From IMG/VR virus record IMGVR_UViG_3300017544_000281, positions 1-35,495 of that record: DNA of 35,495 nt; one strand, given 5' to 3'. The position numbers were made by a program, and so were the translations under genes. Shown one piece after another: positions 25,531 to 34,512 of this stretch. The notes below the pieces were generated by a model. The model was not told the origin of the DNA, made no database searches, and saw nothing but the letters and a program-made list of their open reading frames with translations. The DNA comes from a virus (Duplodnaviria > Caudoviricetes). Within the stretch, counting starts at the first letter, position 1; the number at the start of each line of letters is the position of its first letter.

Positions 25531-28500
25531 TTACCAACATCGCTCGTCTTCAGAAGGAGATGGCCGACATGAAGCGCGCCGTCGGCGGCACGATGAACGA
25601 CATCGTGGCAACCGCCGGGCGCGCGGACCGGGCCATCGAGGCGGTCGGTACGCGCGGCATCACCCGGATGGGCGGTTCTGCCAAGCTTGCCGGCCACCAG
25701 ATGCAGAACCTCGTCTACCAGTTGAACGATGTGGTCGTTAGCCTGGTCTCTGGCCAGAAGCCCATGACCGTGTTCATGCAGCAGGGTTCGCAGATCGGGC
25801 AGATCGCGATGCAGGCAGGCGTCGGCATTGGGGGCATGGCCCGAGCCCTGCTGGGACTTGCTGCCAGTGCGGCCGCCGCCGCGCTCACCAACCCCTATCT
25901 TCTGGCTGCGGCCGCGGCAGCCGGGATCGCCTTCGGCGCGTTCAAGCTGTTCCAGTCCAGCGTCAAGCAGTCGGGGGAACTCGACCGTTATGCCCAGAGC
26001 CTTGGCCTCACCGCCAAGGAGATGGAGAAGCTGGGCCCGGTCGGGATCACGGCCGGCGATGTCATGCGCGGTCTGTGGCGCACGATCAGCGAAGGTCTGA
26101 ACCTCGGCCCGGTCTTCTCCAGCCTCAAGGACTGGGCCGTCTGGGCGTTCCAGAAGGTGCTCGAGGTCGGCAAGATCAGCATTGCTGTGATCTATGCCGG
26201 TTGGGTCGGCGGGTTCGGCGCGATCCGCACCGTCTGGCAGGCGCTGCCCGGCGTGATCGGCGAGGCGGCTGTCGGTGCTGCCAATCTCGCCATCAGCGGG
26301 ATCGAGTATCTCGCCAACAAGGCCATCGCTGCGCTCAACTGGCTGGCAAGCTGGGTCAATCCGGTTCTCGACCGGGTGGGCCTCGCAACCATCGGCCAGA
26401 TCGAGAATGTCGTCCTGCCGCGGATGGAGAACAGCTTCGCGGGCTCGACCGCCCGCATGGGCGCGACGGTGCGGGACGAGTTCACCTCGGCGTTCGGCGA
26501 CGCCATGACCATGATGGATGCGTTCTCCGCTCAGTGGCGTGAGAACACCATGCAGGCGGCCCGCGATCGGCTCACCGCCGACGCTGCCGGGATACGGGCC
26601 GACCGCTCGGACCGGGCGGGACGCGACAATGCCGGTCGCAGCCGCCGCGAGGAAAGCGAAGCCGAACGCGCCCTGCAGGCAGCGCAGGAGTTCGCTGCCA
26701 ATCTCGCGCTGGAAACCGCGAAGATCGGCAAGACCCCGATTGAGATCAAGCGGATGGAAGTCGCGATGGCGGCCTTGAAGGCTCCCACCGACGCCGCACG
26801 CATCGCGATCCTAGAAGCGGGCGAAGCCTGGGAACAGGCCACCCGCGCCTTCGCCACCTCTGAATTCCTGCGCCAGACCGTCGCGCCGCTCGAATTGCAG
26901 GTGTCGCTGCTGGGCCAGTCAGCCCGCGCGCAGGCACTGGCCAACCTCGAGGCCGAACGCGAGCACATCGTGCTGGAACGCGGGGTCGAGGCCTGGGAAC
27001 GCTATCGCGCGGCGCGCACCCAGCTGATCGAGCACGATTTTGGCCTCAAGGAGCAGGAGCAGTATCTCGACACGCTCCAGGAAATGGCCGACCGGACCCA
27101 GACAGCCGCGCAAGGGATGGCGGAAGCCTTCGGGAGTGTCGGTGGCGCGATCGGTGCAGTCGCGGCCGAGTTTGCCCGCTATGCCGCCGACCAGGAGGCG
27201 GCCACCCGCCGCATTGCGGAGGCCGAGCGCGAATACGGCCGGGCTTCGTTCCAGTATGCAGCAGCGCGCACCGCGCAGGCAGCCGCCGAGATCAACCACT
27301 ACGGCAACCTCGCCAGTGCGGCGAAGGGCTTCTTCAAGGCAGGTTCGAAAGGATTCCAGGCACTGGAAGCGGCCGAGAAGGCCTTCCGCGCCTTCGAACT
27401 CGCCATGGCGATCAAGAACGCCGCGGTGAAGATCGGGCTGATCGGCGCGCAGACGACCGCCAAGGTCGCCTCCGATACCGCTATGGCCGCGTCCGACACG
27501 GCGCGCGCCGGGGTCGAACAGGGCAACTCGATTGTCACCACTGGCATCAAGGCCGTCGAGGCGGTCGTGAACGCAATCCGCTCGCTGCCATTCCCGCTCA
27601 ACATTGCGGCTGGCGCGGTCACGGCCGGGGTCATCGCTTCGCTCGGTGTCGCGATAGGCGGAGCCTTTGGCGGTGGCGGTCCGAAACCCGAAGCCGCCAA
27701 CGAGGGCACCGGCACGGTGTTTGGCGATGCGGACGCCAAGTCCGAGAGTATTGCACGCGCCATCGACCATCTGCGGGAGGTCGACACACTGACCATGCGC
27801 TATTCGGCCGCCATGCTGGCCTCGCTTCGGTCGATCGAGGCCAATATCGGTGGGCTCACCAACCTCATCATCCGCACCAATGGCGCCGAAGACCTCGCTG
27901 CCGGCGTGCAGACCGGGTTCAAGCCGACCGGCGTCACCGCCATTCTGGGCGGCGCCATGCAGAAGGTGGGCTCGGTCCTCGACAAGATCCCGGTGATCGG
28001 CCGCATCCTGGGCGGTGTCGTCGGCGCGATCGGCAAGCTGATCGGCTCGCTGTTCGGCACCAAGACCAGCGTCGTCGGTCAGGGCATTTACGGGGGCGCC
28101 CAGTCGCTCGGCGGCATCATGTCAGGCGGTTTTCAGGGCCAGTATTACACCGACATCCAGAAAAAGAAGAAGTTCCTCGGGATCACGACCAGCACCCGCT
28201 ACAGCACGCAATATTCCGAGGCGAGCGCCGAACTCGAGCGCCAGTTCAGCCTGATCTTCACCGGCTTCTACGACGCCATCTCGGCCGCTGCCGGCCCGCT
28301 GGGCCTGTCGCTGGACGAGGTGCAGGCCCGGCTCGACAGCTTTGTCGTCAACATCGGCAAGATCGACCTGAAGGGCCTGACCGGCGCGCAGATCCAGGAG
28401 AAGCTGGCGGCCGTGTTCGGCGCTGCGGCCGACAATCTCGCTCGCTACGCCATTGCCGGCCTCGAGCAGTTCCAGCAGGTAGGCGAAGGCTATTTCGAGA

Positions 28501-29642
28501 CGCTGATCCGGGTGGCCTCCAGCGTCGAGGCAGTCACCAGCGCCATGACCATGCTGGGGCGGTCCACCAATCTCACGATCGCCGCGTCCATGAACCTGGT
28601 CGAACTGTTCGGCTCGGTTGGCGACATGGTGTCGGCGACGGACGAGTATTTTGCGCTCTATTACACCGGCACCGAACAGACCGCCGCGCGCACGGCGCAA
28701 ATGACGCGGGCGCTCGCTGGCCTCGGGCTGGCCATGCCGGACAGCATCGCGGGCTTCCGGGCTCTGGTCGAAGCCCAGGACCTCAGCACCGAAGCCGGAC
28801 GGGCCGCCTATGTCGCACTGATCCAGCTGGCCCCGGCGTTCGCGGATCTCGTAGGTGCCGCGCAGGATGCCGCCAGTGCGGCGGCCATTGCCGAAGAGCG
28901 GGCCTCGCTCGAGCGCCGCCTGCTCGAACTGCAGGGTGACACCGCCGCGCTGCAGGCGCTCGATCTTGCTCAGCTCGACGCGTCCAACCGGGCACTGCAG
29001 CAGCAAATCTGGGCGCTCGAAGACCAGCGGCAGGCAGCCGAAGCCGCAGCCAGTGCCGCGGAGAAGCTGCGCTCGGCCTGGGCGGCGATCACCGATGCGT
29101 TGATTGCCGAGATCGAACGGATCCGGGGCGTGATGGGCACGAAGACCGGTAGTTATGCCGAGGCATTGGCCGCGTTCAACAATGCCTCCATGCTGGCGCG
29201 TGGCGGGGACCAGGAGGCGGCCAAGGCGCTGCCGGGTCTCAGCCAGGCCTTGTTGTCACTGGCCGCCAATACCGCGCGGTCGTCCGAGGATCTGGCCCGG
29301 CTGCAGGGCCTGACGGCGGCCAGCCTCGAGCAGACGCTGGCGATCATCAGCCAAGCCGGTGGCGGAGGCGCTGCCACGGATCCGGCTGCGACCGGTAGTC
29401 CGGATCCAAGCTGGTGGGACCAGTTCGTTGCCAACCAGATGGGCACCGCGACTGTTGCAGCCAATGACGGTCAGACTGCGCTGCTGGATGAGCTCCAGGC
29501 GTTGCGGCAGGAGGTCTCGGACCTGCGCGGCGAACAGCGCATTGCCTCGGCCACGATCGCCTCGGGCACCAGCAAGACAGCGCGAATTCTGGAACGCGTG
29601 ACGCCTGACGGCGATGCGCTGGCGGTGAGGACGGCGGCATGA
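25500..29642 (+). CDS. Tail tape measure protein
   Basis: 1380 aa, Ala-rich and helical; QLNDVVVSLVSGQKPMTVFMQQGSQI motif. Confidence 0.92.
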   Translation: MQAGTLEIEMITNIARLQKEMADMKRAVGGTMNDIVATAGRADRAIEAVGTRGITRMGGSAKLAGHQMQNLVYQLNDVVVSLVSGQKPMTVFMQQGSQIGQIAMQAGVGIGGMARALLGLAASAAAAALTNPYLLAAAAAAGIAFGAFKLFQSSVKQSGELDRYAQSLGLTAKEMEKLGPVGITAGDVMRGLWRTISEGLNLGPVFSSLKDWAVWAFQKVLEVGKISIAVIYAGWVGGFGAIRTVWQALPGVIGEAAVGAANLAISGIEYLANKAIAALNWLASWVNPVLDRVGLATIGQIENVVLPRMENSFAGSTARMGATVRDEFTSAFGDAMTMMDAFSAQWRENTMQAARDRLTADAAGIRADRSDRAGRDNAGRSRREESEAERALQAAQEFAANLALETAKIGKTPIEIKRMEVAMAALKAPTDAARIAILEAGEAWEQATRAFATSEFLRQTVAPLELQVSLLGQSARAQALANLEAEREHIVLERGVEAWERYRAARTQLIEHDFGLKEQEQYLDTLQEMADRTQTAAQGMAEAFGSVGGAIGAVAAEFARYAADQEAATRRIAEAEREYGRASFQYAAARTAQAAAEINHYGNLASAAKGFFKAGSKGFQALEAAEKAFRAFELAMAIKNAAVKIGLIGAQTTAKVASDTAMAASDTARAGVEQGNSIVTTGIKAVEAVVNAIRSLPFPLNIAAGAVTAGVIASLGVAIGGAFGGGGPKPEAANEGTGTVFGDADAKSESIARAIDHLREVDTLTMRYSAAMLASLRSIEANIGGLTNLIIRTNGAEDLAAGVQTGFKPTGVTAILGGAMQKVGSVLDKIPVIGRILGGVVGAIGKLIGSLFGTKTSVVGQGIYGGAQSLGGIMSGGFQGQYYTDIQKKKKFLGITTSTRYSTQYSEASAELERQFSLIFTGFYDAISAAAGPLGLSLDEVQARLDSFVVNIGKIDLKGLTGAQIQEKLAAVFGAAADNLARYAIAGLEQFQQVGEGYFETLIRVASSVEAVTSAMTMLGRSTNLTIAASMNLVELFGSVGDMVSATDEYFALYYTGTEQTAARTAQMTRALAGLGLAMPDSIAGFRALVEAQDLSTEAGRAAYVALIQLAPAFADLVGAAQDAASAAAIAEERASLERRLLELQGDTAALQALDLAQLDASNRALQQQIWALEDQRQAAEAAASAAEKLRSAWAAITDALIAEIERIRGVMGTKTGSYAEALAAFNNASMLARGGDQEAAKALPGLSQALLSLAANTARSSEDLARLQGLTAASLEQTLAIISQAGGGGAATDPAATGSPDPSWWDQFVANQMGTATVAANDGQTALLDELQALRQEVSDLRGEQRIASATIASGTSKTARILERVTPDGDALAVRTAA

Positions 29643-30532
29643 AGCTAATCCGTCCGATCGAGATCACCGACGCCATGCTGTCGAGCAGCACGGTTGCCGA
29701 GAACGACCATCCTGCCTGGAATGCCGGCACGGCCTATGTGACCGGCAACCGGGTGATCCTGACCTCGACCCACCGACGCTACGAGGCGCTGGCGGCCTCG
29801 ACCGGGGTCAACCCGGCCAGCGATCCCACCAAATGGCTCGATCTCGGGCCTACCAACCGCTGGGCGATGTTCGATGCGCGCGTGGGTACGGCAAGTACCC
29901 GGACCGCTTCGCTGCAGGCCGTGCTTGCGCCGGGCGCGGTCGATGCCGTGGCACTGATCGACACCGATGCGGAAGGCGCCACCGTCACGCTGACTGTCGA
30001 CGGGACGGTGACCTACTCCCGGACCCAGAGCTTCAACCTCGGCGGTAACGCCATCGACAACTGGTTCTCGTGGTTCTTCGAGCCGATCGGCCGCAAGTCG
30101 AGCCTGCTGTTCCTCGACGTGCCGGTCTATGCTGGCGGAGTCGTGTCGGTGACGATCACTCGCGACAACCCGGCCGACACCGTATCGTGCGGCACGCTGC
30201 TGGTCGGCCGCCAGTTCTCGATCGGTGAGACCGAGCACGGCGCCGACATCGGCATCATCGATTACAGCCGGAAGGAGGCCGACCAGTTCGGCGTGATCTC
30301 GGTGGTCGAGCGCGCCTATGCCAAGCGCATGACTGCCCGGGTCGTCATGCCGACCGATGCGGTCGACGATGTCCACCGCAACCTTGCAGCTCTCCGCGCC
30401 ACCCCGGTTCTCTGGATCGGCTCTGAGGCCTTCGAAAGCCTGACCGTGTTCGGCTTCTACAAGGAGTTCTCGATCGATCTTGCCTACCCGACCGTCAGCT
30501 ACTGCAGCCTCACCATCGAAGGTCTGACGTAA
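29639..30532 (+). CDS. Distal tail / tail-tip protein
   Basis: Follows the tape measure with ATGA overlap; WNAGTAY..GNRV carbohydrate-binding-like repeat; TNRWAMFD; IIDYSRKE. Confidence 0.7.
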   Translation: MKLIRPIEITDAMLSSSTVAENDHPAWNAGTAYVTGNRVILTSTHRRYEALAASTGVNPASDPTKWLDLGPTNRWAMFDARVGTASTRTASLQAVLAPGAVDAVALIDTDAEGATVTLTVDGTVTYSRTQSFNLGGNAIDNWFSWFFEPIGRKSSLLFLDVPVYAGGVVSVTITRDNPADTVSCGTLLVGRQFSIGETEHGADIGIIDYSRKEADQFGVISVVERAYAKRMTARVVMPTDAVDDVHRNLAALRATPVLWIGSEAFESLTVFGFYKEFSIDLAYPTVSYCSLTIEGLT

Positions 30533-30551
30533 ACCTCCCAAGGGAGCTCTC

Positions 30552-31652
30552 ATGCCCATCACCGACCTGCCGACGCCGCCGTCCCGGACGGACGCGGCGA
30601 ACTTCAACGTGCGTGCCGAAGCCTTCCTCGGCGCCCTGCCGACCTTCGTTACCCAGGCCAATGCGCTGGCCACTGAAACCAATGGCTATGCCACCAATGC
30701 CGCTGCCAGCGCGGCGACCGCCATCAACGCGCCGGGCACCAGCGCCACCAGCACGACCAGCCTTGCGATCGGCACCGGCTCTAAGTCGCTGACGGTCCAA
30801 ACCGGCAAGGCCTTTGTGATTGGTCAGTGGGTGACGATCACCAGCACGGCCACGCCTGCCAACTGGATGCACGGCCAGATCACGGCGTACACCAGCGGAA
30901 CCGGGGCGCTCGTCGTCAACGTCGGCATGATCGGGGGCAGCGGCACGATTGCTGCGTGGACGGTGGCACTGGCCGCCCCCTCGCAAGGCAGCAATGCGCT
31001 GCTCGCCACCGGCAGCTATGCCGATCCTGCCTGGCTGACCTCGCTGGCCGGCAGCAAGATCACCGGCACTGTCGGCATTGCCAACGGCGGCACAGGCGCA
31101 CCGGATTCCGCCACGGCGCGCGCAAACCTTGGCCTTGCGATCGGCACCGACGTCCAAGCCTACAACGCGACGCTGACCTCATGGGCCGGCAAGGCCGTGC
31201 CTTCGGGCGTGGTGGTCGGCACCACCGATACGCAGACGCTGACCAACAAGACGCTGACGAGCCCAGCGATCAACGGCGGCACCTTCAATGCGGCCTCGAC
31301 CGTCAGCGACAGCGGCACGATCGCCACCGGCAGCGTCGGCTTCCGGGGCGTGCCCCAGAACAGCAAGACCGCCGCCTACACGCTGGCGCTGACCGACAAC
31401 GGCAAGCACATCAGCATCACCACCGGCGGCATCGTGATCCCGGCCAATGCCTCGGTCGCCTTCCCGATCGGCGCGACGGTCGTCATCTACAACGACAGCG
31501 CCGCCGCCCAGACTATCTCCATCACCAGTGATACGCTGCGACAGGCCGGCACCGCCAACACCGGCAGCCGAACGCTCGATGGCTATGGGCTGGCGACGCT
31601 GGTCAAGGTCGCAGCCACGACCTGGGCGATCACCGGGGCGGGTCTGTCCTGA
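30552..31652 (+). CDS. Tail fibre protein
   Basis: Thr/Ala/Gly-rich; ANGGTGA, ARANLG, TQTLTNKTL, FPIG fibre motifs. Confidence 0.8.
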   Translation: MPITDLPTPPSRTDAANFNVRAEAFLGALPTFVTQANALATETNGYATNAAASAATAINAPGTSATSTTSLAIGTGSKSLTVQTGKAFVIGQWVTITSTATPANWMHGQITAYTSGTGALVVNVGMIGGSGTIAAWTVALAAPSQGSNALLATGSYADPAWLTSLAGSKITGTVGIANGGTGAPDSATARANLGLAIGTDVQAYNATLTSWAGKAVPSGVVVGTTDTQTLTNKTLTSPAINGGTFNAASTVSDSGTIATGSVGFRGVPQNSKTAAYTLALTDNGKHISITTGGIVIPANASVAFPIGATVVIYNDSAAAQTISITSDTLRQAGTANTGSRTLDGYGLATLVKVAATTWAITGAGLS

Positions 31653-32560
31653 TGGCTGGTGTACTCATGACCCTCTTGGGCAGCGGCAGCGGCGGTCTGC
31701 AGGTCGCGCTGCCGGTCAACTCCGCCCAGTGGGGCGACAAATACAGCGCGGGCGAACAGTACGGTGCCGACGGCGGTTATTTCACCTACCTTTCCGGCGG
31801 GAACTTCACTCCCGCCACCTGGCAGGGGCGCACCATCCGCGCGATCGCCCATGACTACGACTTCTATGCCGCGACCTCGCGCACGCTGATCGGCCTCGAC
31901 GGCTACAATGCGACGCCGGCCCCGCAGCGCCTGCGCATCAACGGCACGACCTTCACCCTCAGTACGGGCTCGGTCTCCTGGCTCACCAACGTGACCGGGA
32001 TCACCTTCAGCCCGTCGCCGACCAACAACATCAACTGGACCTCGCACGGTCTGGCTGTGGGTGACCCGGTCCAGTTCTATTGTAGCGGCGGCATGCCCAG
32101 TGGGATCACGGCGTTCACCGTCTACTTCGTCCAGTCGGTGGTGAGCGCGAGCGCGTTCAAGATCGCAGCCACCCCGGGCGGGGCAGCGATCAGCTTCACC
32201 GGTTCCGGATCCGGCACGCGCTACGGCTACAGGAACCCGGTCACGTCCTACCAGGCGAACGGTGCGCTGAGCGGCAATGTGTTTGCTGCCATGCTCCCGC
32301 GTACGGCCACCATCAGCATCGCCAGTCCCGCCGTCATCACCGCGACAGGTCACGGCCTGGTGAGCGGCAAGCGGGTTCAGTTCACGACCACCGGCACACT
32401 GCCGACCGGCCTTCTCGCCAACACCACCTATTACGTCATCAACGCCGTGGACGACGCGTTCAACGTTGCCGCCACGCAAGGGGGCGCCGCGATCGGCACT
32501 TCGGGCGGCCAGTCAGGCAGCCACGTCGTGCGCGAAGTCGTCTCGGTCACGGTCAGCTAG
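31652..32560 (+). CDS. Tail fibre-associated / receptor-binding protein with a duplicated beta domain
   Basis: TGATG coupling; two HGL..G..VQF...G.(M/L)P.G.....Y(F/Y)V repeats. Confidence 0.65.
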   Translation: MAGVLMTLLGSGSGGLQVALPVNSAQWGDKYSAGEQYGADGGYFTYLSGGNFTPATWQGRTIRAIAHDYDFYAATSRTLIGLDGYNATPAPQRLRINGTTFTLSTGSVSWLTNVTGITFSPSPTNNINWTSHGLAVGDPVQFYCSGGMPSGITAFTVYFVQSVVSASAFKIAATPGGAAISFTGSGSGTRYGYRNPVTSYQANGALSGNVFAAMLPRTATISIASPAVITATGHGLVSGKRVQFTTTGTLPTGLLANTTYYVINAVDDAFNVAATQGGAAIGTSGGQSGSHVVREVVSVTVS

Positions 32561-32573
32561 AAGGAAAACAGCG

Positions 32574-33155
32574 ATGCAGGCAGATCGCCGGCCCACGGTC
32601 ACCGATGAGGTGATCGCCATCAACGACGACCTTGAGATCAACTACGGGGTGTTCAGGAACGGGTTCACCTTCCGCCGGGCGGCCAACTCCTGGCGGCTCT
32701 GGCCGATGCTCGAGTTCGTGGCCCCGAAGCTGAACTCCACCATCGCCGAGATGCACGAGGCTGGCGTCGTCTGGACCCTGTGCGAGCATGTCTCGGTGTG
32801 CGTAAATGGCTGGTCCGATTACGTGTTCGAAGGTCCCAAAGGGCCGATTACCCAGCGCTGGACGCCCGGGTGCCACAATGTCGAGAACGGCGGCGGCTAT
32901 CTGCCGGCCGGTGAGTTCACCCGGCGCTTCCATGACGACTTCACGCTGTGCTGCGTGGTGCAGAAGTTCCGCCGGACGCCCGGCGTGCAGTACCACTTCG
33001 CGGTGCTGATCGGGCCGGCCGTGCTTGAGCGTGATGCGCTGTTTTCCCACTACGCCACAGGTGTGCGGCAGAAGCAGACAGACTTCGACCTGCCAGCCGG
33101 CCACACGATCGAGGTGGCCCCGGACGATATCACCATCGTCGGGAGGCTGCGCTGA
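32574..33155 (+). CDS. Hypothetical protein
   Basis: AAGGA SD; stop overlaps the next start; beta-rich composition. Confidence 0.65.
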   Translation: MQADRRPTVTDEVIAINDDLEINYGVFRNGFTFRRAANSWRLWPMLEFVAPKLNSTIAEMHEAGVVWTLCEHVSVCVNGWSDYVFEGPKGPITQRWTPGCHNVENGGGYLPAGEFTRRFHDDFTLCCVVQKFRRTPGVQYHFAVLIGPAVLERDALFSHYATGVRQKQTDFDLPAGHTIEVAPDDITIVGRLR

Positions 33156-33379
33156 TGCCGCCTAATTCTGATCGTGATCCAGCCGTCGAGATCGCCCTGA
33201 TAAGGGCAGACCTCGAGGCGATGCAGGAAGACCTGAAGGCCGTTCGCAAGGAACTGAAGGACCTGCTCGAGGCCTGGAATACCGCGACCGGCATGGTCCG
33301 GTTCGTCAAGTGGCTGTCGACCTTCGCGACTGCGCTCGCCGTTCTCTACGCTACCATCAAGGGCCTGTCCGGCCGCTAA
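33155..33379 (+). CDS. Small membrane protein of the lysis cassette (holin/XhlA-like)
   Basis: Coiled coil plus C-terminal hydrophobic helix; directly upstream of the endolysin. Confidence 0.6.
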   Translation: MPPNSDRDPAVEIALIRADLEAMQEDLKAVRKELKDLLEAWNTATGMVRFVKWLSTFATALAVLYATIKGLSGR

Positions 33380-33395
33380 TTCCCGGGAGACATCC

Positions 33396-33932
33396 ATGAA
33401 ACCGCTGCCACCGGCCTATGGCTGGATCGATGACCTGCGTCCGCTGCCCCGGATGCTCGAAGAGGCCCGCAAGCTCTACGGCACCTTCGAGGTCGCCGGG
33501 CCTGACGACAATCCTGTGATCATAGGCTGGGCCAAGGAGACCGGGCTGGCCAAGACCTTCACGGCCGACAGAATTCCATGGTGCGGGCTGTTCATGGCCC
33601 TGGTCGCGAAACGCGCCGGCAAGCCGGTCGTGGAAGGTCCGCTCTGGGCGCGTAACTGGGCCAAGTTCGGAAAAGGCACTGATCGGGCCCAGCTGGGCGA
33701 CATTCTGGTGTTCCGCCGCGCGCAGGGTTCCGGCCATGTCGGGCTCTATGTCGGTGAGGACTATGGCGCGTTCCACGTGCTGGGCGGCAACCAGTCCGAC
33801 GGCGTGACGATCACCCGGATCGCCCGCGACCGCTGCATCGCAATTCGTCGCCCGGCCTATCGCAAGGCGCCTGCGAGCGCGAAGTCGGTCCATCTCTCGG
33901 CCAGCGGCGTCTTGTCTACCAACGAGGCCTGA
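33396..33932 (+). CDS. Endolysin, TIGR02594-like (NlpC/P60-CHAP) peptidase
   Basis: PWCGLF (Cys), GDILVF.R, GHVG (His), LGGNQ. Confidence 0.85.
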   Translation: MKPLPPAYGWIDDLRPLPRMLEEARKLYGTFEVAGPDDNPVIIGWAKETGLAKTFTADRIPWCGLFMALVAKRAGKPVVEGPLWARNWAKFGKGTDRAQLGDILVFRRAQGSGHVGLYVGEDYGAFHVLGGNQSDGVTITRIARDRCIAIRRPAYRKAPASAKSVHLSASGVLSTNEA

Positions 33933-33961
33933 CCGGCCACAAAAACATCACCGACCTGTCC

Positions 33962-33986
33962 GCCCGCGATGCTCGCGGGCTTTTTT
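33962..33986 (+). terminator. Rho-independent terminator
   Basis: GCCCGCGA-tgc-TCGCGGGC-TTTTTT. Confidence 0.75.
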
Positions 33987-33999
33987 GTGGAGAAACGAC

Positions 34000-34194
34000 A
34001 TGGAAGAACTGAAACCCTGGTGGGCGTCGAAAGCCATCTGGACCGGTGTCATCGGCAGCCTGTGGGGTGTCGCTGCGGTGCTCGGAATCCTGCCCGAGGG
34101 GCTGACCCAGGCTGACGTGCTGACCGTGGTGCTGGCGCTGACCGGGATCGGCAGCGTGGTGTTCCGTAAGACGGCGAAGGCGCGGATTGGTTGA
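34000..34194 (+). CDS. Holin-like two-TM protein
   Basis: GGAG SD; KPWWASKAIW, two hydrophobic helices, basic C-terminus. Confidence 0.7.
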   Translation: MEELKPWWASKAIWTGVIGSLWGVAAVLGILPEGLTQADVLTVVLALTGIGSVVFRKTAKARIG

Positions 34195-34512
34195 TCATGG
34201 ACGCATCTTGTGCAGGTGGCGCGATAATAACGCCACCTCAATCCCGAGCTTCTGGGCAACTTGTTCCATCTTGATTTTTGGATTTCGAAGCAATGATTTC
34301 GCCAGGGCCACTTGCTTCATTGTCAGACGTCGTGGCTGACCACCTTGCTTCGCGATACGCCGGGCTTCTTCCCGTTCCTTCTTTTGCTGAGCAAGGCGTT
34401 TTTTCCCCGTGAACTGTATGCTCGGCCGCGCTGGCTTGGATCGAGAGCGAAGCGTTGGATCTGCCCAGGGTCCCATGATTGTTGACCCGCCATGATAGCC
34501 TCCTTTGCCCAT
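34195..34512 (-). CDS. Small basic protein with C-terminal HTH-like motif
   Basis: MGKGGYHGGST N-terminus; KMEQVAQKLGIEVALLSRHL; TGATG coupling to the upstream gene. Confidence 0.65.
   Translation of the reverse strand: MGKGGYHGGSTIMGPWADPTLRSRSKPARPSIQFTGKKRLAQQKKEREEARRIAKQGGQPRRLTMKQVALAKSLLRNPKIKMEQVAQKLGIEVALLSRHLHKMRP

Noticed and set aside
30552-33155. Diversity-generating retroelement or invertible fibre shufflon
   Set aside because: No reverse transcriptase, no TR/VR pair differing at adenines, no invertase or crossover repeats seen.
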